The position numbers and the translations under genes were made by a program. 64,000 nt of DNA from an uncultured Dehalococcoidia bacterium (GTDB lineage Bacteria; Chloroflexota; Dehalococcoidia; Lucifugimonadales; GCA-2712585): contig OX638324.1 of assembly GCA_951812825.1 (NCBI GenBank), positions 4,977 to 68,976 of the forward strand. Direction: 5' to 3'. The notes below the pieces were generated by a model that saw nothing but the letters and a program-made list of their open reading frames with translations, had not been told where the DNA came from and made no database searches. Positions 54,210-63,601 of this stretch are shown one piece after another (positions within the stretch are counted from its first letter, which is position 1; each line of letters opens with the position of its first letter).

Positions 54210-55901
54210 TCACCCGGCGTACTTGCTGTTGCGGAGTACGCGGCCGGGGAGGGCGCCGGTGTGCTCGCCGCCTTCCATGAGTACGTCGCCGTTGACGATG
54301 GTGTATTCGATACCATCGGCGAACTGGGCCAGACGCTTGCTGCCTCCGGGAAAGTCGTCAACTTCTTCCGGCTCCATGGGGGCGATTGTGTCCGGGTTGA
54401 AGACCACCAGGTCCGCCGCTAATCCTTCCTTCACGAGGCCCCTGTCGGTGATGTCAAATAGCTCAGCGGGGATCGACGTGAGCTTTTGAACGGCCTTTTC
54501 CAGGGACATGATCTTCTTCTCGCGTATCCAGTGGCCCAGGAAATAGGTGCTGTATCCGTAGCCCGCGTCGAAGATGACGTGGGCGCCGCCGTCGGAGAGG
54601 CCGACAACGGGGTAGGGGCTGGTGAGCATGGTGGTCATGGCGGCTTCGTCGCCGCCGCTCTGGTTGAGTTCGAAGCTCGTTTCCAGGCCTTCCTCAAGCG
54701 CCAGATCCAGAAAGGCGTCGAGAACGTCCTTGCCCTGCTCCTTCGCCAGCTGATCGATGCTCTTGCCCTTGAGACCGCGGTTCTTTTTCAGGGCGGGTTT
54801 GGTGATGAAGAGGTGGTCCCACCGGCGGGAGAAGGCGTTGAAGGCGACCTCCGCCCCTTCGACGGCCTCCAGCCGGAGACGGCGGCGGATTTCGGGGTCT
54901 CGGAAGGCGGCCATCTTCTGGGCCGGCGTCCCTTCCATTGCCGGCTTCCAGGATGGCAGCCGGTCGAAGACCTGGGCGTTCAGCATGGTGAAGCGGGTGT
55001 TGTTGCTGCGAGGGCTGATTAACGGGTAGGCCCGGTTGCCCCTGTCGACGGTCTCCGTAACGTAGTCCAGATGCTCGCGCCACTGGTTGGGGGCGCTCCA
55101 GCGATGGGTGATGTTGTTATAGACCAGGGGACGGTCAGCAGCGGAGGAAAGGCGGCTGCAAAGGCCGTCCTGCATCTCAGGAGTGGTGCCTCCTCCGCAC
55201 TGGAGAATGCCTGCACCAACCTCGCCCACCACTGAAGTGAGGGCGAAAAGCTCCTCCTCCGGGGCTACGATGGCAGGAAGGGGCTTGCCGGTCAGGTCGA
55301 AGTGGCCCATGTTGCGGGAGACGGAGAAGCCCAATGCGCCCGCTTCCATCCCTTCCTTTACCAACGCTTTCATGGCCTGCAGTTCAGACTCGGTCGCGTC
55401 GCGCTCCTGGGACTCCTCACCCATGACGTAGCGCCGGACGGCGGAGTGGCCCACGAGGACGCCCACGTTGACGCCAAGGCTGCCTTCCAGGGCTGCTATG
55501 TACTCCGGCACTGTATTCCACGACCAGTTGATCCCTTCTTGGAGGGACTCTATGGGGATGGCCTCCACGCGGGAGAGCATCTGGGCCAGGGCGTAGTGGT
55601 CATCGTCGCGTACGGGAGCGAGGGATAGAGAGCAGTTGCCGATGACGACGGAGGTGGCGCCGTGATAGCAGGAGAAGGTGCAAAGGGGATCCCAGGTCAC
55701 CTGGGCGTCGTAGTGGCAGTGGTTGTCGATGAATCCCGGCGCCACGGCCAAGCCTTGGGCGTCGATGACGCGATGAGCATTGCCGATGACCTTCCCGACA
55801 CTTAGAATCGTGCCGTCCTGCACGGCCACGGAGCCTTTGAGTGAGGGGCCTCCTGAGCCGTCGATTATCCTTGCATTCTTGATGAGCAGATCGTAGGCCA
55901 T
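54210..55901 (-). CDS. N-acyl-D-amino-acid deacylase (amidohydrolase_3) family
   Basis: PGFIDNHCHYDAQ, GNC, SDGGAH, G..ADLVVF. Confidence 0.9.
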   Translation of the reverse strand: MAYDLLIKNARIIDGSGGPSLKGSVAVQDGTILSVGKVIGNAHRVIDAQGLAVAPGFIDNHCHYDAQVTWDPLCTFSCYHGATSVVIGNCSLSLAPVRDDDHYALAQMLSRVEAIPIESLQEGINWSWNTVPEYIAALEGSLGVNVGVLVGHSAVRRYVMGEESQERDATESELQAMKALVKEGMEAGALGFSVSRNMGHFDLTGKPLPAIVAPEEELFALTSVVGEVGAGILQCGGGTTPEMQDGLCSRLSSAADRPLVYNNITHRWSAPNQWREHLDYVTETVDRGNRAYPLISPRSNNTRFTMLNAQVFDRLPSWKPAMEGTPAQKMAAFRDPEIRRRLRLEAVEGAEVAFNAFSRRWDHLFITKPALKKNRGLKGKSIDQLAKEQGKDVLDAFLDLALEEGLETSFELNQSGGDEAAMTTMLTSPYPVVGLSDGGAHVIFDAGYGYSTYFLGHWIREKKIMSLEKAVQKLTSIPAELFDITDRGLVKEGLAADLVVFNPDTIAPMEPEEVDDFPGGSKRLAQFADGIEYTIVNGDVLMEGGEHTGALPGRVLRNSKYAG

Positions 55902-56047
55902 GGCTATCCCTCCCTTACCTGGATACCGCAAATGTAGATTGAGCGGGTCGACAGTGTCAAGGTTGAGCTATCCGACGGGATGCGTGTTGCCCAACGGCGG
56001 CTGCCTAACTATACTTGCAGCTAAAGGTTGTGTTGAGGTTACGGACC

Positions 56048-56692
56048 ATGGGAGAGTTAGAAACCCTTCCGCTTTTTCCACTGGGTGTGGTGCTATTCCC
56101 GGGCGCGCCCCTTCCGTTGCGCATCTTCGAGAATCGGTACAAGATAATGATTGGCGAATGCATCGAGATGAAGCAGCCCTTCGGCGTGGTGCTCATCAAG
56201 GAAGGGCGCGAAGTTGGCGGGTCGGCCCGTCCCCATAGGGTGGGTACGACAGCTCGTATCCTCAAGGCGGAACCCACTGGCCAGTCAATGTACCGCATTC
56301 AGACGGTGGGGGAGCGTCGCTTTCGCATCCTGAATATCGTTGATGGCACTCCCTATCTGAAGGCCGAGGTGGAGTACCTGGAGGAAACGGATTCGGACTA
56401 TGTGGGGGATCTGACGCAGAAGGTTTCCGACTGCCTGAGCGAGTATCTCCAGCTGGTTGTCAGCTTCAAGAAGGGCTGGATTCAGACCGTTGACACGCCT
56501 CAAGAACCGCTGGCACTCTCCTACGCCGCTTCCCAGGCTGTGACCTACCCTCCCATGGTGGGCCAATACCTGCTGCAGATACCGTCGGTAAAGGAACGGT
56601 TGGAGAGGGTGCTGCCCCTGCTGAAGGAGCGAACGTCCCTCCTGAAGGATGAGATGGGCAATCAGAAGCGTTTTCGGGAGCGGATGAACTAG
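56048..56692 (+). CDS. stand-alone LON peptidase substrate-binding domain protein
   Basis: LPLFPL..VLFPG..LPL.IFE.RY, VGTTA.I, GERRFRI. Confidence 0.88.
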   Translation: MGELETLPLFPLGVVLFPGAPLPLRIFENRYKIMIGECIEMKQPFGVVLIKEGREVGGSARPHRVGTTARILKAEPTGQSMYRIQTVGERRFRILNIVDGTPYLKAEVEYLEETDSDYVGDLTQKVSDCLSEYLQLVVSFKKGWIQTVDTPQEPLALSYAASQAVTYPPMVGQYLLQIPSVKERLERVLPLLKERTSLLKDEMGNQKRFRERMN

Positions 56693-56763
56693 CTGGAAGG
56701 GTCTGCTAAATCTTCTTCCCAGCCAATTTGGCTGTCGTAGGTCGGGTGGATTACGCTCGCAAG

Positions 56764-57726
56764 CTAGAATGGCTTTCCGAAGATGCGAAAAGCGCCGCCA
56801 ACGGGAACGAGTCCTCCGAACAGTTCCGGGTGCAGTATCTCCGCCAGTATCTCCAATCCATCGAACAGCCTCGGCCCGGAGCGGCTGAAATAGGAATTGG
56901 CATCGACGACGAAGAGGCTGTCAGTCTTTGCGGCAGGCAATTCGTCCCAGTCCGGTTTGCCCGTTAATGCTCTAACTTCCGAAAGGCCCCGTCCCACGTC
57001 GAATCCGCACGGCATGGCTATGACTACGTCGGGTTTGGCTTCAACAATCTGCTCCCATTCGACGACGAAGGAGGGCCGGCCAGGCTTCCCGAAGCAGTCG
57101 ACGCCGCCGGCCAGTTCGACCATTTCCGGCACCCAGTGGCCTCCAACCATCAGTGGGTCCAGCCATTCGAGGCATACGATGCGGGGGCGAGTGTCTGCCT
57201 TCGCCGCCGAGGACTCTATCCTGTCGACGCGCTCTCGCAGGGAATTGGCAACGCGGGCCGCCGCTTCATCTGTTCCGGCGGAGTTGCCGACTTTTGCAAC
57301 GTCGCTGGCCACGTCAGCGAGGGAGTGGGGGTCCAGGGATATGACTTCCGGCACATGGGGCAGCTTTGCCAGCGTCTCGTGCACCTGTTGGGAAGGCACG
57401 GCGCAAACTTCGCACAGGGCCTGGGTCAGCACCAGGTCGGGACGGGCTTCTTCCAGTGTATCCAGATGGAGCACGTATATGCCGTCTTCCGAGATAAGGG
57501 CATCCTTGACCTGCCGGTCGATTTCGCCGCTGGACGTTGCATCCTGAATGCGACTGGAAACGACCACTGGTTTGTCAGAGGCGGCGCTGGGATAGTCGCA
57601 GGCGTAGGTCACGCCGTGTAGGTCATCTTGCAAGTCCAGGGCGTAGACTATCTCTGTGGCGCTGGGAAGTAGGGAGACGATTCGGACCAAGGTTTCCGCC
57701 TCTCCAGCCGGCACATGTGCCAGCAT
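56764..57726 (-). CDS. cobalamin/Fe-siderophore-binding-like (BtuF-type) protein without obvious signal peptide
   Basis: RIVSLLPSATEI, PD...TQ.LC.VCAV, EW.DP....GHWVPEMV, SRSGPRL.DGLE.LA; start uncertain. Confidence 0.8.
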   Translation of the reverse strand: MLAHVPAGEAETLVRIVSLLPSATEIVYALDLQDDLHGVTYACDYPSAASDKPVVVSSRIQDATSSGEIDRQVKDALISEDGIYVLHLDTLEEARPDLVLTQALCEVCAVPSQQVHETLAKLPHVPEVISLDPHSLADVASDVAKVGNSAGTDEAAARVANSLRERVDRIESSAAKADTRPRIVCLEWLDPLMVGGHWVPEMVELAGGVDCFGKPGRPSFVVEWEQIVEAKPDVVIAMPCGFDVGRGLSEVRALTGKPDWDELPAAKTDSLFVVDANSYFSRSGPRLFDGLEILAEILHPELFGGLVPVGGAFRIFGKPF

Positions 57727-57825
57727 GTGGATGTTCTCAAGGTAGCATAGGTAGCGGAACCCTTCAACTGTCACGTAAGTTGCCGCCAGGTGAGGGCTAA
57801 CCTATAATTTGGCTGCGAGTTCACC

Positions 57826-58608
57826 ATGCTTCTAGCTATAGATATAGGTAATAGCAACATCACCCTCGGCGTATTCGATGGCCAGAGGTTAAGCTGCACG
57901 GCTCGGCTTTCCGCCGATTCCCGCCGGCTGGCGGATGAATACGGAGAGCTTGCGCTCAACATCCTTAACCGGAAGGGCGTTCAGCCTGGAGCCGTCAGTG
58001 CCGCCGCCATCTGCAGCGTCGTTCCCCGCCTCACTCCAACTTTCGAAGAAGTGTGCCGCGAGTTTCTGAACGTAACTCCGCTGACGGTGAATACGGGCGT
58101 CAAGACGGGGGTGCGCATTCTCTACGAGAACCCTCGTGACGTGGGTGCGGACCGGGTGGCGGACGCCGCCGCCGCTTACCGGCTGTACGGCGGCCCGACT
58201 ATCGTGGTTGATTTTGGCACCGGCACCGTGTTCGACGCTATTTCAAGGGAGGGCGACTATCTTGGCGGGGCCATTGCACCCGGCATTGAGGTGGCCGCAG
58301 AGGCGCTTCATCAGACCACCTCCCAGCTACGTCGTGTCGATGCGGCCATGCCCCGGAGGGCCATTGGGCGCAACACGCCGGAAGCTCTGCAGTCGGGACT
58401 GATGTTGGGCTACGTTGGCCTGGTGGAAGGGATGGTGCGCCGCTTCAAGGATGAAATAGGTGGCGATGCAAAGGTGGTAGCCACCGGAGGACTGGCGAGG
58501 GTCATGGCCGGCGCCACGAAAATCTTCGACGCCACAAATCCCGACCTCACCTTGATCGGGCTTCGAATGATCTACGAGATGAACCGCGGACAGCGGGAAG
58601 GGGATTAG
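57826..58608 (+). CDS. coaX: type III pantothenate kinase
   Basis: LLAIDIGNSN, VGADR, VVDFGT.T.FD, GGAI.PG, ATGG. Confidence 0.95.
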   Translation: MLLAIDIGNSNITLGVFDGQRLSCTARLSADSRRLADEYGELALNILNRKGVQPGAVSAAAICSVVPRLTPTFEEVCREFLNVTPLTVNTGVKTGVRILYENPRDVGADRVADAAAAYRLYGGPTIVVDFGTGTVFDAISREGDYLGGAIAPGIEVAAEALHQTTSQLRRVDAAMPRRAIGRNTPEALQSGLMLGYVGLVEGMVRRFKDEIGGDAKVVATGGLARVMAGATKIFDATNPDLTLIGLRMIYEMNRGQREGD

Positions 58609-58609
58609 G

Positions 58610-59815
58610 TTGATTCCGGTCCTCAAAGGAAAGAACGTGGTCTTGGGAGTCACCGGCAGTATTGCTTGTTACAAGGCCGTGGATCTGGCCAGCAAGCTGA
58701 CCCAAGGGGGCGCGCTGGTGGACGTGGTAATGTCGGAAGACGCCACCCGCTTTGTGGCGCCTCTGGCCTTTGGCAGCATCACCCACCGCGCTGTGACGAC
58801 CAGCCTCTTTGACCCTGACTCGGAGTTAAGCGTAGAGCACGTGGCTCTGGCAGACAGGGCGGACATTCTGGTTGTGGCGCCAGCGACGGCTAACACCCTG
58901 GCCAAGATGTCTTTGGGCCTGACGGACAACGCCCTCGTGGCCACCTACGCCGCCACAGCGGCGCCGGTACTGGTTGCACCTGCAATGGACGGCCACATGT
59001 GGGAAAACGCCGCTATTCAGGAGAATGTCAGCCGGCTTAAGCATCATGGCGTGCGGGTGGTGGGGCCAGATTCCGGCTATCTCGCCTCCGGCAAGGTGGG
59101 CGCAGGAAGGATGGCGGCCCCGGAGGTGATTCTTGACTACGTGCGGGCGGTGCTGGGACAGGGTGGACCCTTGGCGGGCAGTAGGATTGTGGTGAGTGCG
59201 GGCGGCACTCGGGAGCCGCTGGACCCGGTGCGAGTGATCACCAACCGCTCATCCGGCAAGATGGGCCACGCACTGGCAGAGGCGGCTCGGGACATGGGTG
59301 CCTCGGTGACACTGGTGTCGGCGTCGGAAACCCTTGATGCGCCGCCTGCCCTTGAGATAGTGCGGGTGGAAACGGCAATTGAGATGCGGGACGCCATCGA
59401 GGAAGCCTGCCAGGGAGCGGATGCGCTGATAATGGCCGCGGCCGTTTCGGACTATAGAGCCGCTGAGGCGAGTTCCCACAAGCTGAAAAAGACCGGAGGT
59501 CCGTTGAGTTTGACGCTGGTGCAAAACCCGGACATCCTTGCCAGTGTCGAAGGCCCCACAGTCCGAGTGGGGTTCGCGGCGGAAAGCCGGGACCTGTTGG
59601 AGAATGCCAACAGCAAGCTGGTTTCCAAAGGCCTGGATATGATAGTGGCTAACGACATCACGGAGTTGGGCAGCGGCTTCGGCGCCGATACGAACAAGGC
59701 GGCGATTCTCACCGCTGACGGTGAGATTCATCAGCTGCCTGTGATGTCCAAGCTGGAGCTGGCCCACCGGGTGTTAGAGCAGATGAGCAACATTCTTATA
59801 GCGAAGGAGGAATGA
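58610..59815 (+). CDS. coaBC: phosphopantothenoylcysteine decarboxylase/ligase
   Basis: GVTGSIACYK, APATAN, PAM..HM, AGGTRE..DPVR.ITNRSSGKMG, AAAVSDY, VGFAAE. Confidence 0.96.
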   Translation: MIPVLKGKNVVLGVTGSIACYKAVDLASKLTQGGALVDVVMSEDATRFVAPLAFGSITHRAVTTSLFDPDSELSVEHVALADRADILVVAPATANTLAKMSLGLTDNALVATYAATAAPVLVAPAMDGHMWENAAIQENVSRLKHHGVRVVGPDSGYLASGKVGAGRMAAPEVILDYVRAVLGQGGPLAGSRIVVSAGGTREPLDPVRVITNRSSGKMGHALAEAARDMGASVTLVSASETLDAPPALEIVRVETAIEMRDAIEEACQGADALIMAAAVSDYRAAEASSHKLKKTGGPLSLTLVQNPDILASVEGPTVRVGFAAESRDLLENANSKLVSKGLDMIVANDITELGSGFGADTNKAAILTADGEIHQLPVMSKLELAHRVLEQMSNILIAKEE

Positions 59816-59877
59816 GTCTTGGGAGTACGAAAGCACACAAGAATCCGGAGATGAGCGAGGGAAAGAGGAAGGAGTCC

Positions 59878-62550
59878 ATGAGTTTGCCGTCATCCAATGA
59901 GATGCCACGGGCTTACAACCCCAATGAGGTCGAGGAGCCTCTATACCGATTCTGGATGGAGAAGGGGTATTTCACACCGGAGGTAGATCATTCAAAGAAG
60001 CCTTTCGTTGTCATCATGCCTCCTCCAAACGTAACGGGAGACCTTCACATTGGGCACGCACTGACGACGTTTATTCAGGATATCCTGATTCGTTGGCACA
60101 GGATGATGGGAGATGCGGCCTTGTGGCTGCCAGGTAAGGACCATGCCGGTATCGCTACTCAGGTTGTTGTTGAGCGGCAGTTGGCGAGCGAGGGCACATC
60201 TCGCTGGGAGATGGGACGAGAAAAGTTTCTGGAGAAAATGTGGGACTGGGTGGACCGGTACAAAAACAACATCGACGAGCAGTTCAAACGGATTGGCTCT
60301 TCCTGCGATTGGTCTCGACTCGTCTTCACGCTGGACCCAGGCCCAAGCCGTGCTGTGCGTACCACCTTCGTGAATCTGTATGAGAAGGGTCTTATCTACC
60401 AGGGAGAGCGCATCATCAACTGGTGCATTCGCTGCTCCACCGCCCTTTCCGATCTGGAGGTGGAGTACCAGGAAGAGGAAGGCTACCTCTATTTTGTTAA
60501 ATACCCCCTGGAGGACGGCGAAGGTTCTATCACCGTTGCCACCACCCGCCCGGAGACGATGTTTGGCGACACAGGGGTGGCCGTCCACCCCGAAGACCCG
60601 CGCTATCAGCCGCTGCTGGGGCGAAACGTGATTTTGCCCCTCGCCGACCGCCCCATCCCCGTTGTGGGGGACGAAGCCATTGACCGGGAGTTCGGGACGG
60701 GAGTGTTGAAGGTGACGCCAGGGCACGACACGGTGGACTTTGAGATTGGCCAGCGCCACAACCTACCCATCGTGATGTCGGTGGATGACAAGGGTTTCCT
60801 TACCGAGGCCGCTGGGCAATTCGAGGGTCAGGAGCGGTTTGAAGGAAGGCGGAATACGGTAGAGGAATTGGAGCGACAGGGATATCTGGTGAAGACGGAA
60901 CCCCTCCGCCACTCCATTGGACACTGCCAGCGATGCGCCACGGTGGTGGAGCCATTTGTCAGCAAGCAGTGGTTCATTAGAATTAAACCTCTGGCCAAAC
61001 CGGCGATTGACGCAGTCAAGAACGGGAATGTCCGCATTGTGCCGGAGCGGTTCTCTCGGGTGTATCTCAATTGGATGGAAAACATCCGGGACTGGTGCAT
61101 CAGCCGGCAGCTCTGGTGGGGGCACCGGATACCCGTTTGGTACTGCGACGGATGCGAAGGTCTGACGGTGTCGGTGAAGGACGCGACGGAGTGCCGGCAC
61201 TGCGGCTCGCAGAAGATCTCTCAGGACCCGGACGTGCTGGACACCTGGTTCAGCTCAGGCCTTTGGACCCATTCGACCCTGGGTTGGCCCGATGAGTCGG
61301 AGGCCCTGGACTTCTTCTATCCTTCTCAAGTTATGGTCACGGGCTACGACATCCTGTTTTTCTGGGTTGCCCGCATGATAATGATGGGCATCGAGAATAT
61401 GGGTGAACCGCCCTTTGAAACGGTTTTCCTGCACGGGCTGGTGAGGGACGGTGAAGGACGGAAGATGAGCAAGACCACCGGCAACGTGCTGGATCCCCTG
61501 GAACTTACTGAGACCTACGGCACCGACGCTTTGCGGTTTGCTCTGACCACCGGCGCTGCCCCCGGAAACGATCTCCGGCTAAGTACGGAAAAACTGGAGT
61601 CCAGCCGCAACTTTGCAAATAAGCTGTGGAACGCCTCACGCTTCGTCATCGGTTCTTTGGAAGACGGGGACGCTGCCCGGGGCTGGTATGAACTGTCCGA
61701 CGTTTCCCACCGAGAGGACCGGTGGATTCTGAGCAGGTTGAATCGGGTCGTTGGCCGCACCCGGTACTACCTTGAGCGGTTTGAAATTGGGGAGGCCCAG
61801 CGGGAGGTCTATGACTTCCTGTGGAATGAGTTCTGCGACTGGCACATTGAGTTTGCCAAGATTCGGATGAGGGACGACTCCGGACCCTCACCACTGCCGG
61901 TGCTGGCCCACGTGCTGGAGAAGACGCTGCGGTTGCTTCATCCATTCATGCCCTTCGTCACCGAAGAGGTGTGGCAGCAGTTGACTAGGCAGCTTCCCAA
62001 AGAGGAACGGCTCACTGAATCGATAATGATTGCGCCTTATCCGGAGGAGAACCCGGCCAGAATCGACGATGTGGCAGAGTCTGAAGTCGCCCAGATCATC
62101 ACGCTGGTGCGGTCCATTCGCAACGTCAGAGCCCAGCTTCGCATCAATCCAAGGGAGGAGCTGCAAGCTACCTTGGACCTCCAGGGCCATGACTACCTGA
62201 TTGGCGATGAGGCGGAGGCGGTGAAAGGGCTGGCCAGGCTGCGAAACTTAAGCGGGGCAGTTGACGACGAGGCTTCTCACGACGGAGGAGTGGTGACAGT
62301 TGTGGCCGGCGAGGTTGTGGTGGCTCTGCCGCTTGGCGAGGTTACCGATTTGGCTGAAGAGAGGCGACGTCTGGAGGAAGAGCGGGATGATGCTTCCAAG
62401 CATCTGAATCGGGTGGATTCGCTGCTTGCCAGACCGCAGTTTCGCGCCAAGGCGCCGGAGCACGTAGTGGTGCGAGAACAGGAACGGGCACTAGGACTTA
62501 GGGAGAGACTGAAGCGGTTGGAGGAGGTCCTGGCGCAGCTTCCGCCCTAG
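59878..62550 (+). CDS. valS: valine--tRNA ligase
   Basis: PPPNVTG.LHIGHA (HIGH), DWCISRQLWWGH, KMSKT, C-terminal coiled coil. Confidence 0.98.
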   Translation: MSLPSSNEMPRAYNPNEVEEPLYRFWMEKGYFTPEVDHSKKPFVVIMPPPNVTGDLHIGHALTTFIQDILIRWHRMMGDAALWLPGKDHAGIATQVVVERQLASEGTSRWEMGREKFLEKMWDWVDRYKNNIDEQFKRIGSSCDWSRLVFTLDPGPSRAVRTTFVNLYEKGLIYQGERIINWCIRCSTALSDLEVEYQEEEGYLYFVKYPLEDGEGSITVATTRPETMFGDTGVAVHPEDPRYQPLLGRNVILPLADRPIPVVGDEAIDREFGTGVLKVTPGHDTVDFEIGQRHNLPIVMSVDDKGFLTEAAGQFEGQERFEGRRNTVEELERQGYLVKTEPLRHSIGHCQRCATVVEPFVSKQWFIRIKPLAKPAIDAVKNGNVRIVPERFSRVYLNWMENIRDWCISRQLWWGHRIPVWYCDGCEGLTVSVKDATECRHCGSQKISQDPDVLDTWFSSGLWTHSTLGWPDESEALDFFYPSQVMVTGYDILFFWVARMIMMGIENMGEPPFETVFLHGLVRDGEGRKMSKTTGNVLDPLELTETYGTDALRFALTTGAAPGNDLRLSTEKLESSRNFANKLWNASRFVIGSLEDGDAARGWYELSDVSHREDRWILSRLNRVVGRTRYYLERFEIGEAQREVYDFLWNEFCDWHIEFAKIRMRDDSGPSPLPVLAHVLEKTLRLLHPFMPFVTEEVWQQLTRQLPKEERLTESIMIAPYPEENPARIDDVAESEVAQIITLVRSIRNVRAQLRINPREELQATLDLQGHDYLIGDEAEAVKGLARLRNLSGAVDDEASHDGGVVTVVAGEVVVALPLGEVTDLAEERRRLEEERDDASKHLNRVDSLLARPQFRAKAPEHVVVREQERALGLRERLKRLEEVLAQLPP

Positions 62551-63284
62551 ATGGGTGAAGAGGAGCCGCGGACCCGCTCCAGCCAGTTCAAACCTTTGCG
62601 TGTGTCGCTGGCTACTCTGGCTGGATCCCAGTAGTAGAGTCGGTGCTTGAACAGCCAGTAGGTGAACTCCTTGGACTGGGTTAGGCTGAATCCGTTCTGG
62701 TTCGGATAGCCCATCTTCTCCCTGAACTTGACGATCAGGCTGGCCTGCTCGTCGTCGTAGATCCGGCGGAACACCGCATTGCTCATGTCCTCCACATCCA
62801 CCCGGCCGCCGGCGCGCATGTCTTTTCGCACTTCTTCTTCAACGGCTACGTGCAGGGCCTCTTCCACTACAACGCCATACCAGAAATTCAAGAATCCGCG
62901 GTACTTGTTGTAGCCCAGCAGGTTCTTGAGGCTCTCCTCGTTAATGTAGGAGGGGAAGCGGCCTGCAAATATCAGGTCTTCGATTTCGGGAATCTGTGGC
63001 GAGTCCCGTAATAAGGTGCACATCCTTTCGGCCAGTAGAAGGCAGTCGAAGGCCTCGCCCTGGATGACGTAGCGATAAAGCCGCCCGTTGACGCGCTCCT
63101 CAGGCAGGGTCCACATGCTCATGGCCTCGAGAAGGGCCTCGGCCCAGGGCCTGCCTGCCTGAATGGCTTGTGAGAGGCGGCCCAAGGCCTCCGCCTCCAC
63201 GGATGCGGGGGGGCCTGCGGGCTGCTCTATTAGCTCAACGGTCGCTTCGAAGGGTTTGACGTTAATGGGACCCCCCTCCCTCAA
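62547..63284 (-). CDS. conserved hypothetical protein
   Basis: 245-aa ORF convergent with valS; protein-like composition; start uncertain. Confidence 0.65.
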   Translation of the reverse strand: MREGGPINVKPFEATVELIEQPAGPPASVEAEALGRLSQAIQAGRPWAEALLEAMSMWTLPEERVNGRLYRYVIQGEAFDCLLLAERMCTLLRDSPQIPEIEDLIFAGRFPSYINEESLKNLLGYNKYRGFLNFWYGVVVEEALHVAVEEEVRKDMRAGGRVDVEDMSNAVFRRIYDDEQASLIVKFREKMGYPNQNGFSLTQSKEFTYWLFKHRLYYWDPARVASDTRKGLNWLERVRGSSSPI

Positions 63285-63591
63285 GGGAGGTGGCGTGTTT
63301 CGCGGGCATTCCGTTGAGTTCGTGGAACTCGGCTTTCAGACGTTCGTAGGCGGCTACCTGGCCGGTGGTAATGTATTCGCTAATCTTGCCGCTTATGGCC
63401 TTGCCGATGCCAGGCACCTTCATCAGGTCCTGCCCCTGCAGGGAAGGGGCGTCCAAGGGTTCCGGGAAATCGGAGATGATTTCTGCGGCCCGCCGGTAGG
63501 CTCGTATCTTGAAAATCAGGTCTCCCTTCCTCTCCAGAAGGTGGGCCATGTCCTCGAAGATGGCAACCAGTTCCTCGTTTACGGTAGACAC
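63262..63591 (-). CDS. stand-alone PolX/Pol beta 8-kDa HhH domain protein
   Basis: N..L..IF..MA.LLE.KG...FKIRAY.RAA..I and VPGIGK.I..KI.EY..TG; stop follows after about 110 aa. Confidence 0.8.
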   Translation of the reverse strand: MSTVNEELVAIFEDMAHLLERKGDLIFKIRAYRRAAEIISDFPEPLDAPSLQGQDLMKVPGIGKAISGKISEYITTGQVAAYERLKAEFHELNGMPAKHATSLEGGGSH

Positions 63592-63601
63592 GATGCGGTC
63601 T

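Noticed and set aside
59812-59877. T-box leader or longer N-terminus for valS
   Set aside because: Only 62 nt separate coaBC from the RBS-supported ATG 59878; no T-box sequence seen
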